DNA of 53,744 nucleotides. Origin: a virus (lineage: Duplodnaviria > Caudoviricetes). Location: positions 1 to 53,744 of IMG/VR virus record IMGVR_UViG_3300022900_000014; one strand, given 5' to 3'. Made by a program: the position numbers and the translations under genes. Of the stretch, positions 47,521-53,744 are shown in pieces. Numbering within the stretch: position 1 is the stretch's first letter; the number at the start of each line of letters is the position of its first letter. The notes under the pieces are model-generated. The model ran no database searches. It worked only from the letters and a program-made list of their open reading frames with translations, and was not told the DNA's origin.

Positions 47521-47884
47521 CTTTATTCAACCTCAACTTCAATTCATTTATTTCATTATCAGATAAAAGTGAAAGCACTTGGCGAGCTTTTTCATTACTA
47601 TAGCCATAATATTCTTTCACGATATCCAGCGAGTTAGGATCAGAATTCTTCAACCATTTTGAGAATCTTTTTCTGGGCCTAACAGTATTTATTAAAAAAT
47701 GAAATTGAAGCTTTGAATCTAGGTGATGATGTATGTTCATCTCATTAGCATATAGCACGGTATCATTAAAGTATGACAATCCACGATTAACCATAAATGC
47801 ACTATACGATTTTTCAGTTAGATCGTCTACCATAATATCTTTTTTGGTATAGTTAATTGCATTTAAGTAATCAAATGGATTCAT
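47510..47884 (-). CDS. 62: Clamp loader small subunit (gp62)
   Basis: FMVNRGLS, RKRFSKW, YYGYSNEKA. Confidence 0.92.
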   Translation of the reverse strand: MNPFDYLNAINYTKKDIMVDDLTEKSYSAFMVNRGLSYFNDTVLYANEMNIHHHLDSKLQFHFLINTVRPRKRFSKWLKNSDPNSLDIVKEYYGYSNEKARQVLSLLSDNEINELKLRLNKGGK

Positions 47885-47990
47885 CTTTCTTCTCGATCTC
47901 CCTGATTTCTGCTTCTATCTGAATCTCTTTCACCACAAATCCAGTTACAAATATTGCTATTAACATACCCCATACAAGGATAGTTTCCAT
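47871..47990 (-). CDS. 39-aa TM peptide between 44 and 62 (not in ORF track)
   Basis: METILVWGMLIAIFVTGFVVKE...; overlaps both neighbours. Confidence 0.55.
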   Translation of the reverse strand: METILVWGMLIAIFVTGFVVKEIQIEAEIREIEKKDESI

Positions 47991-48925
47991 CAGTTCCACT
48001 CCACATTAGCCATGAGCTCAATCATACAAGCTACAACGTTCAGTTCATGGTCAGCAACAAAAGCATTCTTGTACTGATAGTCGGCAAGGATAAGAATTGC
48101 CTGTGGAATCGATTGCGGTTTAGCAGACGATTGGATGTTATCATATATCTTACGGAAAATTGCTTGAGGCTCAGTGTCAATATTGTTTACTACCCACTGT
48201 CGCATTTGCTTAAAGTCTTTTTGCTTAAGAAAGCCAATAAGCGATTGGACATTGTCGTCTGATAGATTAACAAGGATACCAGCATCAATCGTTCCAGATA
48301 CAGAATATCTTTGAAGTTCATTGAGCACGCGACGCCAATCTGGCAGATGCTTCATGATTAGTTCAGCAACTACCTTTTGATTGAACGTAATTCCTTCTGT
48401 AGCTAGAATTGTTTCGACTCGTTTCATGAACTGCGAGGCGAGGACTGCTACATTCTTTTTAGAGGTATTAAACTCATAGGTTGAACACCGTGAATGCAGA
48501 GGCTCGATGATACGGTTTTTGAAGTTACACGTCAGAATAAATCTGCAGTTGTTAGAGAACTCTTCGATAAAACCGCGGAGGGCAGGTTGAGTTGATTGTG
48601 GATTTAGATAATCTGCTTCGTCAAGGATGATTACTTTATATCCACCTTGCAGCGATACTGTAGAAGCAAATGACTTTACTTTATTTCGCAGCGTATCAAT
48701 GTTGCCTTCTTCTGATCCATTGATTAGGATATAGTCTAAGCCAAGTTGATTGCATAGCGCACGTGCTACAGTAGTCTTACCAAGACCAGCAGTACCAGTA
48801 AAAAGCATGTTAGGAACTTCACCAGATTCTATGATCTTAGAAAAGGTTTCCTTCAGCTCTTTCGGAAGAATTGTATCTTCAATTGTTTTCGGACGGTATT
48901 TTTCGACCCACAAGAATTCTGACAT
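47990..48925 (-). CDS. 44: Clamp loader large subunit (gp44)
   Basis: WVEKYRP, GTAGLGKT, DEAD, SRC. Confidence 0.96.
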   Translation of the reverse strand: MSEFLWVEKYRPKTIEDTILPKELKETFSKIIESGEVPNMLFTGTAGLGKTTVARALCNQLGLDYILINGSEEGNIDTLRNKVKSFASTVSLQGGYKVIILDEADYLNPQSTQPALRGFIEEFSNNCRFILTCNFKNRIIEPLHSRCSTYEFNTSKKNVAVLASQFMKRVETILATEGITFNQKVVAELIMKHLPDWRRVLNELQRYSVSGTIDAGILVNLSDDNVQSLIGFLKQKDFKQMRQWVVNNIDTEPQAIFRKIYDNIQSSAKPQSIPQAILILADYQYKNAFVADHELNVVACMIELMANVEWN

Positions 48926-48951
48926 ATCAAAGTTTCCATAATAAAAGTAAT

Positions 48952-48980
48952 ATTATAACACATAACGTGTAAAAAGTACA
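48952..48980 (-). promoter_or_regulatory. Sigma70-like promoter of gene 44
   Basis: TGTACT-N17-TATAAT. Confidence 0.65.
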
Positions 48981-48984
48981 TGAC

Positions 48985-49119
48985 TCAGATATAACCCTCG
49001 CCATATAAGAACATTTTCAAGTGGTAATAGAAAACCATTGGTTGTTGATCCGGCGTTGGGCAATTGGGATACCGCTCAAAGAGCCGGATCAATATGGCTT
49101 CTACTTCATCATCAGACAT
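48985..49119 (-). CDS. Small hypothetical protein (44 aa, not in ORF track)
   Basis: MSDDEVEAILIRLFERYPNCPTPDQQP...; starts 4 nt after the tRNA CCA. Confidence 0.45.
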   Translation of the reverse strand: MSDDEVEAILIRLFERYPNCPTPDQQPMVFYYHLKMFLYGEGYI

Positions 49120-49123
49120 AAAT

Positions 49124-49210
49124 TGGTGCCTCGAGCCGGAGTCGAACCGGCACAGCATTTCTGCCGAGGGATTTTAAGTCCCTTGTGTCTACCAATTTCA
49201 CCATCAAGGC
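49124..49210 (-). tRNA. tRNA-Leu(TAA)
   Basis: Cloverleaf GCCTTGA...GGGACTTAAAATCCC...long variable arm...GGTTCGACTCC...CCA. Confidence 0.95.
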
Positions 49211-49218
49211 ATCATTCA

Positions 49219-49491
49219 TTAGGGAGAAACAATCGTAGCAGCAGTGATTGATTCGTACAACTCTTCAATCTCTTCCCGCTCTTGCTGTACCTGCTGAAAA
49301 TTTTGCTTATGATATAAAGAAGCAAGCTTGTTCAAATGCTTTTTCTGTACACCAACTTTATCAGCTAGATCTTCGATAATGTTTTTTTGCAAATCTTTTT
49401 CAGCTTCTACGCGAGTAGCTGAAGCCGACCATTCATCCATAGCATCAACAATAGCCTTACGGTCATTAGGATTATTTACTATCATTTGCAT
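49219..49491 (-). CDS. dsbA: T4 DsbA-like dsDNA-binding protein
   Basis: Helical; LNKLASLYHKQNF pattern; GAGG RBS before MQMIV (track gives 49569). Confidence 0.6.
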   Translation of the reverse strand: MQMIVNNPNDRKAIVDAMDEWSASATRVEAEKDLQKNIIEDLADKVGVQKKHLNKLASLYHKQNFQQVQQEREEIEELYESITAATIVSP

Positions 49492-49702
49492 CAACCTCTT
49501 CACTTCCCTTTTCACTAGACTCTGTTGCAATGCGTTCTGCATGCTTAATGATTCCGGAGAATTTATCATATACTGTACCTACAAAACTTAATTCATGTGC
49601 TTTAAATGCACTCCTTTCAGTTGCAGTATTAATAACCCGCAACACGTTTAACAAATCATCGGTCGTAAGACCTTCCAGCTCTTCGCTCATATTATCCTCC
49701 AA
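49472..49702 (-). CDS. Hypothetical protein
   Basis: Coupled ORF. Confidence 0.65.
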   Translation of the reverse strand: MEDNMSEELEGLTTDDLLNVLRVINTATERSAFKAHELSFVGTVYDKFSGIIKHAERIATESSEKGSEEVDANDSK

Positions 49703-50369
49703 ACGACGAATTCTTTTCTAAAGCAACCCAATATTCAGTCTGTGAGTTTTTAGACTTGAAAGAAGAAATTAACTTAGATGAAATTGATACATCATAATCA
49801 TCATTCACAAACTTGAAATTAGCAATATTAAAAACTAGTTTGCAATTTACCCCTGCAGCAGATAGATTTGCAAGATCCATCTCATAGGAGTTTGATGTAG
49901 CATCTGCAGTATCAGTAACCATTAGTTTACCAACACCGTCTTTTACTTCGACAACAACATCTGAAACTGTAAGAGCTGCAGCAGCTTTACGTATCTGTGC
50001 CATATCACCAATGCTAATAGAAAAGGTAACCTCACACGGAGGCATCGTAATATCTTTAGACGGAGATGTCAAGATCGAAGGAGATGCGAAGAAGTATTTT
50101 ACTGATCTTCCACCTTGCGAAACTTTCACAGATTTTTGATCATCGCTGAATTCTAGATCAGGATCATCAAACATATTAACAACACCTAAGAATTCATGCA
50201 AGTCATAAATTCCGGTTTCGTATGGAAAGCTTTCCGTTACAGTTGCTGCACTCATAATCGTCTTAGATTCAGACATAGTTTTAATTACACTGCCTGGTTT
50301 AATCACGATATTAGGATTAATCGCCGCAAAGTTTTTTAGCGTATTTAGGGTTTCACTACTTAGTTTCAT
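49692..50369 (-). CDS. 45: Sliding clamp (gp45)
   Basis: MKLSSETLNTLKNFAAIN, IYDLHEFL, YWVALE. Confidence 0.95.
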   Translation of the reverse strand: MKLSSETLNTLKNFAAINPNIVIKPGSVIKTMSESKTIMSAATVTESFPYETGIYDLHEFLGVVNMFDDPDLEFSDDQKSVKVSQGGRSVKYFFASPSILTSPSKDITMPPCEVTFSISIGDMAQIRKAAAALTVSDVVVEVKDGVGKLMVTDTADATSNSYEMDLANLSAAGVNCKLVFNIANFKFVNDDYDVSISSKLISSFKSKNSQTEYWVALEKNSSFGG

Positions 50370-50820
50370 CATTTATATCATCCGCAATATTAATAGTTAT
50401 TGTTTCATCATTTAAAGATATATTATAACACGAATCGTCCCAATAGTACATCGATTCGTATTCACCAACTGTAAACGGTGTGCCTAATTCATCGGTTGAT
50501 ACTATTGCACTAACATCTTCATCGGTCTTTTCTTGCTTTAGGTCAAAGTCTATTAAGAACATTATGCTACATGCAGCATGAGCCAAGTGGCTAATCCCAC
50601 TTTCAGGATCAATCTTTTCTCCTTGCATGTATGCAGATATGTGTCGCAATGCCGCAGCCTCATATCTACGGTTTTCAACCTTTTCCCAATTGAACCGATC
50701 GTATTTTTTAGCACCATATGTTAGTACCTTCACGACTTCATCCATTGCGCCGAATGGCACTAATGAGTAATCTGGTTTTTCACCGTCAAACTTAATACCA
50801 CCTTTTGCATTTGCTTTCAT
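50356..50820 (-). CDS. dATP/dGTP diphosphohydrolase-like protein (DUF5664)
   Basis: GIKFDGEKP, YGAKKYDRFNW, DPESGISHLAHA. Confidence 0.8.
   Translation of the reverse strand: MKANAKGGIKFDGEKPDYSLVPFGAMDEVVKVLTYGAKKYDRFNWEKVENRRYEAAALRHISAYMQGEKIDPESGISHLAHAACSIMFLIDFDLKQEKTDEDVSAIVSTDELGTPFTVGEYESMYYWDDSCYNISLNDETITINIADDINDETK
50422..50450 (-). promoter_or_regulatory. Promoter for gene 45 embedded in the upstream ORF
   Basis: TGTACT-N17-TATAAT. Confidence 0.6.
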
Positions 50821-51954
50821 TTACACCTCGCTATCAAATATAGAATCAAGTGATGATGTGGCGATACATGATGCATCTCCACTTGTATCAGCTGATATAT
50901 CAACTTTGCTATACAAATCTAAGAAAGCCTCTTTTGTATCACTATCGAAACGCGATACGCAAAGCTCAATTGCTTTCGTCTTATCTTTGAAGATCGAAAA
51001 TGATTGTACGATATGACATAGACGACGCGTTGAGATTACTTCGTCTACACCACCATCTTCAAAAGTCTTACGAATCGCTTCTGACCAAACCACAAGAGCA
51101 TCAGCAAATTCATCATCAACACATTCAAACTTTTCCATATGCTTTACAACGATCTTACGCTCTACTGCAGAAGTAGGATATGGTTGCTCGAGGGTAATAG
51201 TGAATCGCTCGAGGAAAGCTTCATCGATGATAGTAGCCGAAATGAATCGACCGTCATCTGAACCTTTACCTTTCGTATTAGCCGTAGCGATCACATTAAA
51301 GCCATCTAGTGGAGTAATGACTTCACCGGTTTTTTTAACTAGGACCGGTTTACCCTCGAGCACTCCTTGAAGACACATGAGTTTATTAGAACCACGATCT
51401 ATTTCGTCGATGAGAAGGATTGCACCCTTTTCCATCGCTTTGATAACTGGACCTTTACAGAAAACTGTTTCTCCATTTACCAAACGAAAGCCACCGATCA
51501 GATCATCCTCATCTGTCTCAGGAGTAACTTGTACTCGTACATACTCGCGGTTGAGTTTTGCACAAGTTTGTTCTACCATCATGGTTTTACCGTTGCCGGA
51601 TAAACCTGTCACGAACACTGGATAAAAGTTGCGTGACTGAATAATCTTAGAAACATCAGTGCAATGTCCCCAAGTCACAAACGATGAGTCTCTAGGTGGA
51701 ACGAAGACTTCGTCATTTGTAATTGACGTAATTGACGACATTGTTTTTTCCTGCGTTTTGAAAGGAACGACTACCGAAGAAAGACGGTATAAGCCGCGAC
51801 GAATTTTTGTTTGTGCGAGTGTATATGTATACGCTTTGCTAGAAGAAACTCCAACGGTTTCTGCAGCAGCAGCAATTTCTTTAGGAGTAAACTCACCGCT
51901 AGTACGGTCAGGAAACATAGTTGCAATAGCTTCTTCAATTTTACGATCGATCAT
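50821..51954 (-). CDS. cobS: CobS/MoxR-like AAA+ ATPase
   Basis: GLSGNGKT, DEID, TANTKGKG, LERF; leader GGACTTATATTATG. Confidence 0.88.
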   Translation of the reverse strand: MIDRKIEEAIATMFPDRTSGEFTPKEIAAAAETVGVSSSKAYTYTLAQTKIRRGLYRLSSVVVPFKTQEKTMSSITSITNDEVFVPPRDSSFVTWGHCTDVSKIIQSRNFYPVFVTGLSGNGKTMMVEQTCAKLNREYVRVQVTPETDEDDLIGGFRLVNGETVFCKGPVIKAMEKGAILLIDEIDRGSNKLMCLQGVLEGKPVLVKKTGEVITPLDGFNVIATANTKGKGSDDGRFISATIIDEAFLERFTITLEQPYPTSAVERKIVVKHMEKFECVDDEFADALVVWSEAIRKTFEDGGVDEVISTRRLCHIVQSFSIFKDKTKAIELCVSRFDSDTKEAFLDLYSKVDISADTSGDASCIATSSLDSIFDSEV

Positions 51955-51988
51955 AATATAAGTCCCACTCATTACTAATTAAGATACC

Positions 51989-52110
51989 ATTATACTCTAT
52001 CTGGAGGAAGATGTACAATTTATTTTCTCTTTACAAATCAATTACTTATGTCATACGTTTTCTAAGCTATTGATTTGTAAAGAGATTTAAATTGTAACAA
52101 ATTGTATCAG
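51989..52110 (-). promoter_or_regulatory. Promoter cassette 4
   Basis: -10 at 51989, -35 at 52012; sites at 52035/52062. Confidence 0.85.
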
Positions 52111-53744
52111 GATACAATCTCTGCGAATTTGGTAGCAAGGATCCGGTTCGTCTTCTTTGAAGATGAATACTTCTTAAATGACGATATGATTTTTGCCTTT
52201 GATGCATTCTCGTCGATCGAGAGCTCATCAACGTCTGTACTTAAAGCTCTTTTGCTTGCCTTTAGAATGAACAAACGATCATAACCAATCTTATTGTCTA
52301 CATAATGAAATTTGTTTTTGCGAACATTAGTTTTCATTATTTCAGCATATTTACTTCTGTCGTACCACGATTCAATATCTTTGTGTACCAAATCGTTGAT
52401 TGAATAAAGGTCTCTGCCAGTTTCCGCTAAGAAGAACCCAATAGTTGAGATATCGTTTTTCCTTAATTGGTCTAAAAGAAATGCTGTTACATCTAAAGGA
52501 TCAATTGTTTCTGTAAAAATGGTTTTACCATTAAACTCTATAGAGTATCGAGAAAGTCTTCTTCGCTCAGCGTAATCAGCCCATGGATAAGAAACTTCCA
52601 TCTTTCCGCCGAAGCCATCAGACAATAAAACAAAGTTGACTCGCTGAACTGCATTCTTATTCCTAAAGCGCTGAAGTATTTTATTCATAACCAATAAACT
52701 TTCATTCAATGGAGTAGTACCAAGCCTATCTAATTCTGATCTAGAATACTGATCAGTCTTAGCCGATGTCTCGTATAACCCGAAATATGCTTCATTATAT
52801 TCTGACTTCTTCATAGAAGAATTAAGAAGCTCAGTAATGCGCACGTGAGATAGTTGAAGCGTATTGATGCTGTAATCAGTATTCGCAACGTATTGATCTT
52901 TGTCTCTACTTGTAAACCCATAAACTTCGAATGGAATATTTACTTTCTTACAGAACGATGCAAGGTTGAGAACCTGCTTGATAGTATCACCTAAGATCTG
53001 TTGCATTGATCCAGAATAATCAATCATCATAACCATGCCATGAGATTTAGCATCAGCTAGCTGTGTTACCTTTTTGAAGATGTCCTCATTGTACTTATAG
53101 CTATGAAGCATATTGACATTCAAAGCACCAGTCTTTGAAGTCTTTGCTCTAGAATATCGATACGCTGCTTTTCGCATTTCGAACTCTTTAGCCAGTATCG
53201 ATGTAATCTTATTCGTCTCGCTTTGGAATTCAGCAAAGTCAGCTGTGTGATCTTTGTTATACGTGAAATATCGATCTGAGCGATGCTTATCACGTGACTC
53301 TTTTACTTCACTATATGAATAGATGCAACTCTTACATTGCTCCCACGTAAGCTCGCGAATATGCATTACAAGTTCATCAGAATCAGAACCTTCAACAAAC
53401 AGCTTTTCGTTTTCGCGTAGTGCATCATCAGTCTCAGAAGTAAAATCATCTACTTTCGAATCTAATTCGCCACCCTCTAATTCGCCACCCTCTTTGTCGT
53501 CGGTAGTAGTATCAGTCGATTCATCTTCATCTGTAAATTCTTCGTCGGAGTCTTTTTCTGATTCTGAACTTGGCTCGACTTGCGGTTCTTCAGCATCATG
53601 AGTCTCAGTGAATTCAGTAGAATCCTCACTAGAATCCTCACTAGACTCCATTCCTTCTTGAAATTGATTATCAGAATTATCATCGTGTGCGTCATCTTTG
53701 TTTTCATCATTCTCACGCATGAACTCGTAGATTGCCTTTGCAGC
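52107..53744 (-). CDS. CobT-like vWA-domain protein, 5' end outside window
   Basis: Acidic linker; MIDAS DYSGS, TPL, SDG; frame open to the window edge; adjacent to cobS. Confidence 0.8.
   Translation of the reverse strand, partial: AAKAIYEFMRENDENKDDAHDDNSDNQFQEGMESSEDSSEDSTEFTETHDAEEPQVEPSSESEKDSDEEFTDEDESTDTTTDDKEGGELEGGELDSKVDDFTSETDDALRENEKLFVEGSDSDELVMHIRELTWEQCKSCIYSYSEVKESRDKHRSDRYFTYNKDHTADFAEFQSETNKITSILAKEFEMRKAAYRYSRAKTSKTGALNVNMLHSYKYNEDIFKKVTQLADAKSHGMVMMIDYSGSMQQILGDTIKQVLNLASFCKKVNIPFEVYGFTSRDKDQYVANTDYSINTLQLSHVRITELLNSSMKKSEYNEAYFGLYETSAKTDQYSRSELDRLGTTPLNESLLVMNKILQRFRNKNAVQRVNFVLLSDGFGGKMEVSYPWADYAERRRLSRYSIEFNGKTIFTETIDPLDVTAFLLDQLRKNDISTIGFFLAETGRDLYSINDLVHKDIESWYDRSKYAEIMKTNVRKNKFHYVDNKIGYDRLFILKASKRALSTDVDELSIDENASKAKIISSFKKYSSSKKTNRILATKFAEIVS

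Noticed and set aside
49045-49092. Hairpin TTGATCCGGC...GCCGGATCAA as a separate ncRNA
   Set aside because: Lies within a plausible small ORF and matches no RNA family I recognise
53462-53492. 15-bp tandem duplication (EGGEL x2)
   Set aside because: In-frame slippage in a low-complexity acidic linker
479-53601. Plus-strand ORFs and short nested minus-strand ORFs in the track
   Set aside because: They are antisense or alternate-frame shadows of well-supported genes, with no motifs or RBS
50821-53744. Cobalamin biosynthesis
   Set aside because: CobS/vWA pairs are common in T4-like phages, and there is no cobN or other pathway gene here

Overview
A 53.7 kb segment of a T4-like lytic myophage genome (AT-rich, nearly all genes on the minus strand), probably infecting a Gram-negative aquatic proteobacterium (inference). 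Recognisable core genes are 45, 44, 62, regA, 43, uvsX, 41, rnh, nrdA/nrdB, thyX, cd, a dsbA-like gene, phoH, hsp20 and cobS/cobT-like genes. There is also an endolysin, a spanin pair, tRNA-Leu(TAA) and a circularly permuted (two-piece) tmRNA. Two systems stand out. (1) A T4 gp42-type dCMP hydroxymethylase is followed, in the slot where T4 has its beta-glucosyltransferase, by a PLP enzyme, an SGNH-fold protein whose N-terminus resembles that glucosyltransferase, and an aGPT-PPlase-like protein. This is a candidate non-glucosyl cytosine hypermodification pathway. (2) Two tandem exported proteins fuse cytochrome c to a copper type II (PHM/DBH-like) monooxygenase, with all metal ligands intact. 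Non-coding signals include four fixed-geometry promoter cassettes with inverted IHF-consensus pairs, a TGTACA-N17-TATAAT promoter family, TATAAATA late promoters, a duplicated tmRNA 3' motif and a ROSE-like thermometer before hsp20. All family calls come from motif recognition by eye; no searches were run.
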